This document shows, piece by piece, positions 1-9,811 of a stretch of DNA of 62,291 nt. Source of the stretch: Methanobacteriota archaeon (lineage in GTDB: Archaea; Thermoplasmatota; Poseidoniia; Poseidoniales; Poseidoniaceae). The notes under the pieces were generated by a model. It searched no databases. It was not told the DNA's origin and was given only the letters and a program-made list of their open reading frames with translations. The stretch spans positions 47,960 through 110,250 of the forward strand of contig PBMQ01000015.1 in NCBI GenBank assembly GCA_002722615.1. The letters run 5' to 3'. The stretch's first letter is position 1. The number at the start of each line of letters is the position of its first letter. Position numbers and translations under genes: made by a program.

Positions 1-3000
1 AGACCTCTGATGTCAGTTCCTTGCAGGAGGAATGGACTGTCGCCCCCTCGAATGAATTCTCCTGTATCATAATCCTCAACCCACCAAGCAAGCCGGAGTG
101 ATTCAAAGTCAATTCCTCCTTCTTCGACCAGAACAATCGTCACTTCATGTTCTTCTGCTGAAAGTATAGAGCCCGGCCGCGGAGTTTGAACTTCTTGAGG
201 CGCGGGGCCAAGCCCATCAATAACCATCCATTTTACAGACGATCCTTCCTCCGTGGCATCTACGCCTTGTGGTGGTAAACAACCAACCGACCAGGTCAAA
301 GGAATCGTATCAGAGAATGAAGGCGATTGGAGTTCAACGTTCCAGATTCCGTTAAATGTCTCAGCTGAATAGACCTGACCCGCGAACGCAACATCGACAG
401 TGCAGTTGAACGATGGAACAAGTTCACTCGATTCAAACATCAATCCGCCGGTCAACTCAAACGGTGAATTTGGAGGGAGTCTGGCCCCATCATCAAGGAC
501 GGTACCCTGAGTCAGTACCAAAGAAACAGAATCTTGTGGTATTGATAGCGCTGGTGAGAATCGCCATCGTAAGGCAGGGAAAGTCTGGATAACTTCCTGT
601 CCTGCTCGATCGATAATCTTCACACTCGGTTCGCGGAACGTGTCGCCAAGATCAGGGGTTGTCCATGCTAATTCCAACTCGACCACCAACCGAGTTTCCT
701 TTTCGTATGGGCCAGCAGTGAATCCATCCAAAGATAGCATATTGCAATCATTGATGACGAGGTGAATGCTTCCTGATGTACACGAATCTGTTTGGAAGTC
801 CCATGTAAATGAGAGAGGTGAGGTCAGTATATTGGAAGCAAGTTGTACTTCAACGGTGGTAAGGTCGGATGCTCCGTTTGGTTCACTCATGTCAATACGT
901 AGTGTGTAGGGTTGACTTGGATGCAACCAAGGGGTGGCTCCACCCGTCCATGACATCGCAGTCGATGAGAGCGTAGGTGGTCCATCAGGACCGATTTGAT
1001 ACATGAACAAGTGCTCACCATCTTCGCCTGTTCCAGCATCTTCGAGAATCTGCCCAGATGCATCCACTCCAACCAAATAGCCAGCTACTTTCTGACCCTG
1101 TGAGCCCATCGAATCATCGAATAAGAGAGTATAGAGTCCTGTTGAAATGGTCAAATCAGTTGGTTTAATGAGGGACCGTTGTTTGTATTCATCCGGGCTT
1201 GGCCATCCGTTGAGGTCATTATCGTCAGCCCATTCACGCCAAAGCATGAGATGAACGTCCGATGGAAGAAGCACAGGATCGAGGATTTGGAATTGAACGG
1301 TTTGACTGGTGGATGCAAGACGGTGATCGTACCATGCAACAGATGTTCCTATGACCGCAGGAGCGGTTGGATCGATCTTGAAGGTGCGTGTATATTCTGA
1401 TTCATCGATGATGTCTCCACCGTTTAGAGGGACAACTCGAATGCTCCATGTCAGATCGCCGAACGAGAAAGGTGCGGCATCAGAAACGTTCCACATGTCT
1501 TCATCAAGGCTCGTTGTGTTAGCAATCATCGTACTGCCTTGCCAAAGTTGAACCTCTGCATCGCCATCAGCAAACGCATCAATTCCTTCAACGCCTTCAT
1601 AGCCAACGTCGATGGAGAAATTCAATCCTACACCAGCAGCGAGATATTCTGTCGAAGAATCGATTGGTCCATTGTCATCGCTGATCTCAACGGACTTGAT
1701 GACCAAATCGTTCTCAAACGCTTGTCCACCACCGATACCGCTCCACATGTACTGGCCAGGCCTGGAAATTACATCGTTGTCAAGAACGAGGCGCATGGAT
1801 GCGGTGAGCCATTCCTCATCATCCCAGCCCTGTTCTACTCGGAATTTCACAGTTATTTCGCTCATCGTTGCTGAGACCGAAGCGATACTGAAAGCCTCAG
1901 TTGGATGCAACTCAACGAGCGAACTATCGCCTTGCCCTAGGGATGTGCCACCGCCCGTTGGCAAGAGCCAAGTGGCGTGATTGTTTTGTCCTTGTACATC
2001 CAATCGAATCAGTGAAATCGAACGATCAGAATCGACATTGAATCGTGTTGTAAACGACAGCCAACGTTGCGAGGGTGTCAGTGGGCTTGATGCATTTTCC
2101 ATTGAAACCATGCCTGCAGCAACATCATCGCTGAATTCCATATTTGTGACCTCAACGACCAATTTTCCGTTGGAAAGACCTGTGAATGGGAATGTGATCG
2201 ATGGAGATGAACCAGGTGTCCGATAGGCTGAATTCGCTGCCATAACAAGCGGCGATTGTTCACTGGCGGTGATGTCCATTTGTGTAGCATACGGTGCAGC
2301 TAGATTCGAAAATGTAACGAAACCGTTTCCATATACTTCGATGTTCACGAGTGCGAATCCTTGACCCATGTTGTTCAACAATGCACTTTGGCTGCTCAAG
2401 ATTGCTTGCAAGAGCGTGTGTTCCGTTTCGTTGAGTTCAAATCGGTACACAGTAGCGTTATCCAGGGTTCTTGAGATGATGGTCGAACCTGCAACGCGCA
2501 AGGACATACCCGTCATGTTCCCGTTTTCACTGGATACTGAAACTGCGAAATGTTTCAAATTGGATGCTGGAATCCATGCACCTGCCTCGGCGAAACCAAC
2601 GAATCCAAAGGAATCCCGTTCTGTGTTTTCACCGTTTGAGAAGCGATCTTGGAAACCCCATGAACCGATTCGGACATCCGGTTCGCCCCATTCCAGAATT
2701 CCGTCACCGTTGAGATCCAACGATGGGGTGTCTACTCGTTGACCGCTGGACATCGTTACTTGGACCTGGTCAAGCAGTGCGGGCTGGGAGGAGTTGTGCA
2801 TGAACATCAATTGGAACGCATGTTCATTTGCGGAAAGAGCGCCAGAATAAGGCAGTAAAATCGAGGTCCAGGCATCGTTGACATCATGTCGTACAAACGC
2901 ATCATATTCCTGTGATACGGCTGCAATCTGATAACCGGCGAGAGGCGAGTTACTGGTATACCACGGCGAATGTGCCGTTCCGTTGGCAGTTGAAGAAATT

Positions 3001-4205
3001 GCCCCCGAAAGGTAAGTGCTGTTGTTGAGGGACCATCCACGTTCGACTGGATCGGAAGAGAATGTATCCTTGATCAATCCCCCTGCGGATATCGATTCAA
3101 CCGATGGCATCAAACCGGCTCCAAGTCCTTCAAACTGCAGTTGAATGCGCAACGACCCATAGTGCTCCCAATCAACCGCATCGAGGTGAATTCGCATTCC
3201 CTCTCTGGATTCAAATCCAGAAATGTTGTCTCCCGTCTGAGCATCAATAAGCGTCCAATGGAGCGAGGATCCGGCCGGTAAATTTGCATTGATATGCATT
3301 GGAGCATATGGTCCTTCAGCAAGTGAAAAGCTATTCGAGGTGTTGTAACCAAAGGCTGGGCTTGTCCAAGTCGAAGTCGGTGGAATCACGACCTTGACGT
3401 CATCAACAAACCAATAATCACAGCATGTACCACTCCCTGATGTTTGCTGGAATCGAAATTGAGATGAGGAATGAAGCGCCGCTGCAGGCAGGACAGTTGA
3501 ATACTGGAAATTGCTGGTTTGTGCACCACCGCCTTGGAACGTGTGGAAAGTTGTCCAAGAACCACTCGCAGTCTTGTATTTGATCTGAAGATTTTCACCT
3601 GAATCTGGAGTTTCACCACAACCTGATCGGCCCTCATGAATCCAAGCATTGAATGGGATATTGGAACGACCTGAAAGATCCATGGCAGGCGATGTCGCAT
3701 GTGTTGAACCTGCATAGGTGCGAATAGACCCTCCTGTGCTACCGTTGTATCCACACGCAGGAGTGGTAACTCGGCTGCTATATGAGTTGGAAAACGTCCA
3801 TCCTTGAGCTCCGTTGTTGAAGTCGTAGCCCGGTGCTGAACCCGCCCCCGAAAGTATACCTGATTGTGTGAATGTGTTGTCCTTCGTCGCATCGATATGG
3901 TTCCATGATGCATCTCCTTCCCATAGCAGCGTTTGTGAATTCTCCATTGTCGCAGATTGAACAGTCATATCGAGAGAAGTGATTGCGCCTGAACTTGATG
4001 GGACATCGAGTTCAAACGGAGATAGGCTGACCTGACCCGGTCGGATATCGACAGTTACTGGCGTCCCTTCGGACACAGAATCAACGTTCTGCTCGCCATC
4101 AAGTACGGTAGCAGGAGCAGGTGGGACGAAGGTCGTGTAAGGCCCTATGACGAACAAAAAAAGCACGAGCAACGCAATACTACGCCCCTTGAGAGAGCCG
4201 GCCAT
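1..4205 (-). CDS. Very large secreted/surface protein. Only the N-terminal 1401 aa are present because the 3' end runs off the left window edge.
   Basis: This gene is absent from the supplied ORF track. Manual translation of the reverse complement from ATG 4205..4203 stays open down to position 3. It starts MAGSLKGRSIALLVLFLFVIGPYTTF (signal/anchor). It contains a beta-sandwich-like module ending GTCCDYWFVDDVKV and a Ca-loop-like DLNGDGILEWGE. All listed small ORFs at 887..3913 lie in other frames. Confidence 0.8.
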   Translation of the reverse strand, partial: MAGSLKGRSIALLVLFLFVIGPYTTFVPPAPATVLDGEQNVDSVSEGTPVTVDIRPGQVSLSPFELDVPSSSGAITSLDMTVQSATMENSQTLLWEGDASWNHIDATKDNTFTQSGILSGAGSAPGYDFNNGAQGWTFSNSYSSRVTTPACGYNGSTGGSIRTYAGSTHATSPAMDLSGRSNIPFNAWIHEGRSGCGETPDSGENLQIKYKTASGSWTTFHTFQGGGAQTSNFQYSTVLPAAALHSSSQFRFQQTSGSGTCCDYWFVDDVKVVIPPTSTWTSPAFGYNTSNSFSLAEGPYAPMHINANLPAGSSLHWTLIDAQTGDNISGFESREGMRIHLDAVDWEHYGSLRIQLQFEGLGAGLMPSVESISAGGLIKDTFSSDPVERGWSLNNSTYLSGAISSTANGTAHSPWYTSNSPLAGYQIAAVSQEYDAFVRHDVNDAWTSILLPYSGALSANEHAFQLMFMHNSSQPALLDQVQVTMSSGQRVDTPSLDLNGDGILEWGEPDVRIGSWGFQDRFSNGENTERDSFGFVGFAEAGAWIPASNLKHFAVSVSSENGNMTGMSLRVAGSTIISRTLDNATVYRFELNETEHTLLQAILSSQSALLNNMGQGFALVNIEVYGNGFVTFSNLAAPYATQMDITASEQSPLVMAANSAYRTPGSSPSITFPFTGLSNGKLVVEVTNMEFSDDVAAGMVSMENASSPLTPSQRWLSFTTRFNVDSDRSISLIRLDVQGQNNHATWLLPTGGGTSLGQGDSSLVELHPTEAFSIASVSATMSEITVKFRVEQGWDDEEWLTASMRLVLDNDVISRPGQYMWSGIGGGQAFENDLVIKSVEISDDNGPIDSSTEYLAAGVGLNFSIDVGYEGVEGIDAFADGDAEVQLWQGSTMIANTTSLDEDMWNVSDAAPFSFGDLTWSIRVVPLNGGDIIDESEYTRTFKIDPTAPAVIGTSVAWYDHRLASTSQTVQFQILDPVLLPSDVHLMLWREWADDNDLNGWPSPDEYKQRSLIKPTDLTISTGLYTLLFDDSMGSQGQKVAGYLVGVDASGQILEDAGTGEDGEHLFMYQIGPDGPPTLSSTAMSWTGGATPWLHPSQPYTLRIDMSEPNGASDLTTVEVQLASNILTSPLSFTWDFQTDSCTSGSIHLVINDCNMLSLDGFTAGPYEKETRLVVELELAWTTPDLGDTFREPSVKIIDRAGQEVIQTFPALRWRFSPALSIPQDSVSLVLTQGTVLDDGARLPPNSPFELTGGLMFESSELVPSFNCTVDVAFAGQVYSAETFNGIWNVELQSPSFSDTIPLTWSVGCLPPQGVDATEEGSSVKWMVIDGLGPAPQEVQTPRPGSILSAEEHEVTIVLVEEGGIDFESLRLAWWVEDYDTGEFIRGGDSPFLLQGTDIRG

Positions 4206-4226
4206 AGCCTTGCCTGTTTTTCCAAG

Positions 4227-4234
4227 GACTTGAA
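4227..4234 (-). promoter_or_regulatory. TTCAAGTC octamer 21 nt upstream of ATG 4205
   Basis: It matches the octamer family at 7 of 8 positions with identical spacing. Confidence 0.4.
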
Positions 4235-4300
4235 TGTGTCAGTCCAATCGACTCCTTGAACCAAGGGAGAGATTGAAAACAATGGCGCATTTGGCGAACC

Positions 4301-7300
4301 ATGGTTCGACCAAGTCCTGCGGGTGACCTCGATGCTGTTGGCCTTGAAACGGCACTTCTAGAAACGTGGAAGAATGAGGGGACATTTCAGAAATCCATCG
4401 CCTCAAACAGGGAAGGCGCTCCGTTCATTTTCCTTGAAGGACCACCTACTGCAAACGGAAAACCTGGAATTCATCACGTTGTCGCACGCGCCTACAAGGA
4501 TCTCGTATGCCGATGGAAGTCGATGGAAGGCTTCCTTGTTGAACGAAAAGGTGGTTGGGACACGCACGGATTGCCGGTGGAAATCGAGGTTCAGAAACGA
4601 CTTGATTTGATGAGCAATGAAGCGATTGAGAACTTTGGAATGCAAGCGTTCAATGATGCTTGTCGAGAGAGCGTCTGGACCTATGAGAGCGCTTGGCGTG
4701 AGATGACAGAACGCATGGCATATTGGGTCGATCTTGACAATCCATACGTCACACTGCAAAACGATTATGTTGAATCATGCTGGTGGGCGTTGAAGCAAAT
4801 GTTCGACAAGAATCTTCTCTATCGCGGGCACAAAGTATTACCATATTGCCCACAAACAGGAACCTCCTATTCGAGTCACGAAGTCGCACTTGGATACAAA
4901 GAAGTCGAGGAACCTTCCGTTTACGTCAAATTCAAGCTTGTTGATGATTCAGCATCTATCCTGGCGTGGACCACAACGCCTTGGACACTACCCGGAAACG
5001 TTGGCCTCGCAGTAGGCCCTGATGTCACCTACGCCCGCTGCCGTGTACGTGAAGAGCCCGAAGGTTGGCAGGGACGAGGTGGCGCTTCTACGGGAGAGGA
5101 ATTGATTCTTGCCAAGGATTTGATGGGAGATGTTCTGCGTCATCACGTCGACATCATTGAAGAAATTCCTGGCTCATCGCTTGTAGGCAAGTCCTACGAA
5201 CCGCTCTTCCCTGATGCTGTTCCACGTGGAGATTCGACCACAGCATGGACTGTTCTTTCCGCAGATTGGGTGACCACCACTGATGGAACAGGTGTGGTTC
5301 ACACCGCCGTCATGTACGGTGAAGATGATTACAACCTAGGAATGGAGGTGGGCTTACCAGCGTACCACACCGTCAACATGGAAGGGAACTTTGTCAATGG
5401 AGTACATCCTCAACTCGATGGACGATACGTCAAGTCATGTGATGATACAGTCATGGAAATTCTGGTTGGTCAGAACGATTCAATCGGTTCTGGCCTGCTC
5501 TACCGAGAGAAGAGTTACCTCCACGATTACCCACATTGCTGGAGAACGGATCATCCACTTCTTTACTACGCAATGGATTCTTGGTTTGTTCGAATGACTG
5601 CAGTCAAAGAGCGACTCCTCGAGTTTAACGATGGCGTTGAATGGGCACCTGATTGGGTCGGTGAAGGTCGATTCGGTGAATGGTTACGCAACGTCAAGGA
5701 TTGGGCCATTTCAAGAGAACGATACTGGGGGACGCCTCTTCCGGTATGGAGAGATGAGGATGGGAACATGAAATGTGTTGGCTCCATTTCTGAATTGCAA
5801 GCTGAGGTTGCAAAAGCCAATGCTGCTGGCATTGACAATCCTGAATGTCCTGATGATGTTGATTTGCATCGCCCTGTTGTCGACGCATTCACGCTTGTTT
5901 CTGATACTGGAAAGCCAATGCAACGTGAACCGTTTGTGATGGATTGTTGGTTCGATTCTGGATGCGCTCCGTTCGCACAGTGGCACCATCCGTTTGATGA
6001 AAACAAAACCTTCGATTCTTCATTCCCTGTCGATTACATCTGTGAAGGTGTTGACCAAACACGAGGATGGTTTTACACCCTACTCGCAGTATCAACAACC
6101 GTCTTTGATTCACCTGCATACAAGCGTTGCTTATCGCTAGGACTCATTCTTGATGCTGAAGGGAAAAAGATGTCCAAGTCGAGGGGTAACATCGTCGACC
6201 CTTGGGATCACTTCAATCGAGAAGGTGCCGATGCAACTCGTTGGTACATGGTCACAGCCGGTGCACCTTGGAATCCACTCAAGTTTGATTCAAATGGAGT
6301 TCGCGAAACCTATGCCAAGATGTTCCTTACGCTGTGGAACGTCTATCGTTTCCATGTCGATTATGCAGCATTGGACTCTTTTGATCCAAATGCATCTGAA
6401 TCACCTGTTGAGCAACGCTCTCGCCTTGATCGATGGATTCTTTCAAAACTTCACAGCACGGCAAGGTCCTACCATGATGGATTCACGAACTGGAACTTCC
6501 ACAAAGCATGTCGAGATCTTGAGGATTTCATCGTCAATGATTTGTCCAATTGGTACGTTCGAAGAAGCCGTCGACGTCTTTGGGATGAAGCAGAGTCTGG
6601 AGACAAACTTGCTTGTCAGCACACACTCCACGAAATCCTAGTCACGTTGTGTCGATTGATTGCTCCTGTTAGTCCTTTCATGGTCGATACGATTCATCGT
6701 AATTTAACCGGTGAAACCGTCCACACTGCAGCATGGCCAATGGGAACCCCGGGTTCAACTGAAGGTGCAACCGCAGATACGTGGAATGAAGACCTCGTAG
6801 CATCAACGGCTCAACTACCACCGCATGATTCAGCCCTTGAGCATGAGATGGAACTTGTACGAGAATTGGCTGAAACCGGACGACGAATTCGTATTGATGC
6901 ACAACGACGGCAACGACTGCCGTGCGCTGAGGGATGGATTGTTGCAGGACCTGACTTACAACCTTATCACGACCTGTTGTGTGAAGAACTGAATGTCGAG
7001 AAGATTGCTGTAGAAACGGATCTCGACCGTTTCCAGAAGGTCGAACTAGGGGTTAATTTCCGTGCCCTTGCCCCCCGAGCAAAGGGTGACGTCAATGCAA
7101 TTGCAAACGAAATCAAGAATCATACAAATCAGGAAGCACTGCTTGAAGAGATCCGCAATGGCTCATGCACCCTCATGGGTGTTCAAATCGTTGAATCCGA
7201 TGTCGAGGTTCGCCGAGCCGAGCGCGAGGGTTATGCGGCGGCAACCATTACCGTCGGCGAAGGAGAACAAGCCTCGCACGTGAGCCTTGTTCTTGACATG

Positions 7301-7576
7301 CAAGATACACCTCACCTTTTATCGAAGGGGCTTGCTCGAGATATTACTCGGCGTATTCAATCGAAGCGAAAGGATATGAACCTCGAAATTGAAGCTATGA
7401 TTGACGTTGAAGTTTGGGTGAAGGACGCTCCCGAACTGTTCGAAGAGGACCAATCGTGGATTGCAAAGGAAACGAGGTCGTCTGGTATTTCCTTTAGTGA
7501 TGACCAACCGCCTGAGGATGGAGAAGCATTCGATGTTGATGGTGCACAAATCGCATATCGCGTCCATGCACGCTGA
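4301..7576 (+). CDS. ileS: Isoleucyl-tRNA synthetase
   Basis: 1091 aa. The class I HIGH region is PTANGKPGIHHVVARAYKD and the KMSKS loop is GKKMSKSRGN. It has a long editing insertion and a C-terminal extension typical of archaeal/eukaryote-type IleRS. Confidence 0.95.
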   Translation: MVRPSPAGDLDAVGLETALLETWKNEGTFQKSIASNREGAPFIFLEGPPTANGKPGIHHVVARAYKDLVCRWKSMEGFLVERKGGWDTHGLPVEIEVQKRLDLMSNEAIENFGMQAFNDACRESVWTYESAWREMTERMAYWVDLDNPYVTLQNDYVESCWWALKQMFDKNLLYRGHKVLPYCPQTGTSYSSHEVALGYKEVEEPSVYVKFKLVDDSASILAWTTTPWTLPGNVGLAVGPDVTYARCRVREEPEGWQGRGGASTGEELILAKDLMGDVLRHHVDIIEEIPGSSLVGKSYEPLFPDAVPRGDSTTAWTVLSADWVTTTDGTGVVHTAVMYGEDDYNLGMEVGLPAYHTVNMEGNFVNGVHPQLDGRYVKSCDDTVMEILVGQNDSIGSGLLYREKSYLHDYPHCWRTDHPLLYYAMDSWFVRMTAVKERLLEFNDGVEWAPDWVGEGRFGEWLRNVKDWAISRERYWGTPLPVWRDEDGNMKCVGSISELQAEVAKANAAGIDNPECPDDVDLHRPVVDAFTLVSDTGKPMQREPFVMDCWFDSGCAPFAQWHHPFDENKTFDSSFPVDYICEGVDQTRGWFYTLLAVSTTVFDSPAYKRCLSLGLILDAEGKKMSKSRGNIVDPWDHFNREGADATRWYMVTAGAPWNPLKFDSNGVRETYAKMFLTLWNVYRFHVDYAALDSFDPNASESPVEQRSRLDRWILSKLHSTARSYHDGFTNWNFHKACRDLEDFIVNDLSNWYVRRSRRRLWDEAESGDKLACQHTLHEILVTLCRLIAPVSPFMVDTIHRNLTGETVHTAAWPMGTPGSTEGATADTWNEDLVASTAQLPPHDSALEHEMELVRELAETGRRIRIDAQRRQRLPCAEGWIVAGPDLQPYHDLLCEELNVEKIAVETDLDRFQKVELGVNFRALAPRAKGDVNAIANEIKNHTNQEALLEEIRNGSCTLMGVQIVESDVEVRRAEREGYAAATITVGEGEQASHVSLVLDMQDTPHLLSKGLARDITRRIQSKRKDMNLEIEAMIDVEVWVKDAPELFEEDQSWIAKETRSSGISFSDDQPPEDGEAFDVDGAQIAYRVHAR

Positions 7577-7579
7577 GGT
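7575..7579 (+). promoter_or_regulatory. Shine-Dalgarno-like GAGGT, 6 nt before ATG 7586, overlapping the ileS stop codon
   Basis: cgcTGAGGTcaagatATG. This is the ribosome-binding pattern expected for a gene internal to an operon. Confidence 0.45.
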
Positions 7580-7585
7580 CAAGAT

Positions 7586-8353
7586 ATGCGGGTGATTTCG
7601 CTCGTACCGAGCCTTACACTGACACTTGCAGAGCTAGGTCTAAACAAATCACAACTCATTGGTCGCACACCATGGTGCATTCATCCATCAGCATTTGTTG
7701 AGGAAGTCGAAGTTATTGGTGGAACGAAAACACCCAATCTCAACAAGATTTTGAACGCCAATCCAGATATCGTCATTCTTGATCGTGAAGAAAATCCACG
7801 CGAAGTTTACGAAGCACTTATCGAAGCGGGTATCGAGACATTTGTGAGTACTGTCGAAAGACCTGCTGATGTTCCTGACATGCTGATGCTTCTCGGTGAG
7901 CGATTGAATCTTGTATCGAAGGCTACAGAATTGGCGAACGCCATCCGACATGAGCTTACTCGCGGGACCCATCGCGACGGCCCACTCGTTCTTCCAATGA
8001 TCTGGCACAAACCTTTGATGGCTGTCTCACCGAGCAAATACTCTGGCGCACTCCTTGAAGCCTGTGGGTTTCAAGTTCCTGATATCGAGCCTGAAGGGAA
8101 TGGCTATCCTACCGTAACGCCGGAAGATATTGTTCAACACAACGTGGAAGGACTCCTCCTTTCCAGTGAACCTCACGAGTTTTCAAAACAAGAAGGTGAA
8201 GCGATTAGCGATGCTGTGGAAGCCATCGGAGGAGTTCGTCCTTGGACACGATGCATCGATGGGGAGGCACTTACATGGTTTGGCAGTCATACGCTCACCG
8301 GTCTTCGCACCTTCAATGCACTTTGCAAGGATTTGAAAACAGCCGACGATTAG
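7586..8353 (+). CDS. Type-2 periplasmic-binding-protein fold protein (BtuF/FhuD/TroA-like) without a signal peptide
   Basis: 255 aa. MRVISLVPSLTLTLAELGL ... IGGTKTPNLNKILNANPDIVILD matches the N-lobe pattern of the cobalamin/siderophore binding-protein fold. There is no hydrophobic leader. A GAGGT sits 6 nt upstream. Confidence 0.5.
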   Translation: MRVISLVPSLTLTLAELGLNKSQLIGRTPWCIHPSAFVEEVEVIGGTKTPNLNKILNANPDIVILDREENPREVYEALIEAGIETFVSTVERPADVPDMLMLLGERLNLVSKATELANAIRHELTRGTHRDGPLVLPMIWHKPLMAVSPSKYSGALLEACGFQVPDIEPEGNGYPTVTPEDIVQHNVEGLLLSSEPHEFSKQEGEAISDAVEAIGGVRPWTRCIDGEALTWFGSHTLTGLRTFNALCKDLKTADD

Positions 8354-8360
8354 GGTTACC

Positions 8361-9764
8361 ATGCGCAGAGGACTTCTCGCCATATTGCTAGTATCCAGCA
8401 TGGTTCTTGCAGGATGTTTTGGTGATGGGGAAACCATTGTTGAAAACGAAGAAATCACGTCTGCATGGACTGAATACATTCTCATTGATGAACAGACCCA
8501 TGAAACGCCTCGAGAATTCATGACTGTGGACTTACGTACCAACGAAACAACCAACATGACTTGGGCTGTTTTTGATGAATCGAAGGGAGGAAATTGTTGT
8601 GAGCACTATATTGCAACGACAATTTCTGGTTCGATCATGAACATTGGAGGAGAATACCCCGTATGGTCCGTTGACCGAGGTCATGAATGGGACACATGGA
8701 TTCCTGGTGTCACACCTGATTTGCAATGCAGAACCTTCATCCCGACAAACCCTGGTACTGAAGGTCTCGGAGAAGGAAGCATTGTTCAAGCAACAAACGG
8801 TGACATCATCTCAATGTCATGGTTCCCGTATGTAGGTGGAGACCTGAAATTGGACAAATTCTATGCCATTCTTTACGATGATTCGGAAATGGAGTGGAAG
8901 TGGTGCTACAACCGAATCACTGAACCGTTCTATGACCGAAGTTGGCAGGTAGAGGTTGTTGGCCCAATCAGTTCAAGCATTGGTGATGGTGAATGGGCCT
9001 CCCTAGTCATCTCAAACTTCTGGCATCAATCTCAAAACGCAGGTGGCCAAATCTCTGTTGATGGGTTGAATTATTATCCGATCCAATTCCCTGGCCGATC
9101 CTCTTCGCAACCGAGTATCGAAGTCGACTTGGATTTCACCAACTCATCGCTAGACTTCCATTGGGATGTCAATAAACCACACAAAGAGATGCGTGCCTTT
9201 GCTGTTCCAAGTGGAGGGCTCTTGTTCCCGCAATATTTCGATAACGGCAACGCTGCCTTCCTCGATACAACACTCTCATGGAATGAACTCGCAGTTCAAT
9301 TCCCAAGTGAATATTGTCAGATTGACATGACAGGAACCATACACTGTGTTGCGAATTCAGGAACCACATTCACGCACTATACTTCAATCGATGGTGCAGT
9401 CACATGGGAAAATCACACCTATGACCTCGGGGCTTCAGCTTCGAGTATTGAAGAATGGGAGTTTCAGGCAAACGGAGAACACGATCTTTTCGTACTCAAC
9501 GTCCGATATCAGTCGAGTGAAGGACCTGACGTTGACATTCTTTTCCACACCCGAGATTACAGCAAAGACCTCGCTCCAGACACAATGACATACATTGGAC
9601 AGGGTGATCTTGACTCAACTTCTGGTGCTGGAAATGACATACGATTTGATTTCGCAAGTTTAGCAATTCTTCGTGACGGAGGTGTTGTTGTTGCCTACCA
9701 TGATTCAACGCACGTCGACCCCTTGTTTGCTGTAGAACTCATCCTTCCAGATTACCAAGAATAA
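8361..9764 (+). CDS. Secreted lipobox-type protein with BNR/Asp-box-like motifs (putative beta-propeller)
   Basis: 467 aa. The signal peptide ends in LAGC (MRRGLLAILLVSSMVLAGCFGDGE). The Asp-box-like motifs are SVDRGHEW and SIDGAVTW. Confidence 0.5.
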   Translation: MRRGLLAILLVSSMVLAGCFGDGETIVENEEITSAWTEYILIDEQTHETPREFMTVDLRTNETTNMTWAVFDESKGGNCCEHYIATTISGSIMNIGGEYPVWSVDRGHEWDTWIPGVTPDLQCRTFIPTNPGTEGLGEGSIVQATNGDIISMSWFPYVGGDLKLDKFYAILYDDSEMEWKWCYNRITEPFYDRSWQVEVVGPISSSIGDGEWASLVISNFWHQSQNAGGQISVDGLNYYPIQFPGRSSSQPSIEVDLDFTNSSLDFHWDVNKPHKEMRAFAVPSGGLLFPQYFDNGNAAFLDTTLSWNELAVQFPSEYCQIDMTGTIHCVANSGTTFTHYTSIDGAVTWENHTYDLGASASSIEEWEFQANGEHDLFVLNVRYQSSEGPDVDILFHTRDYSKDLAPDTMTYIGQGDLDSTSGAGNDIRFDFASLAILRDGGVVVAYHDSTHVDPLFAVELILPDYQE

Positions 9765-9811
9765 CCTCAATTCAAGGGTTATCCTCAAAAGCCCTTGACA
9801 TACGATTTGTT

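Noticed and set aside
887-3913. Short listed ORFs (61-175 aa) in the first 4 kb.
   Set aside because: All lie out of frame inside the unlisted 1401-codon minus-strand ORF that starts at 4205.
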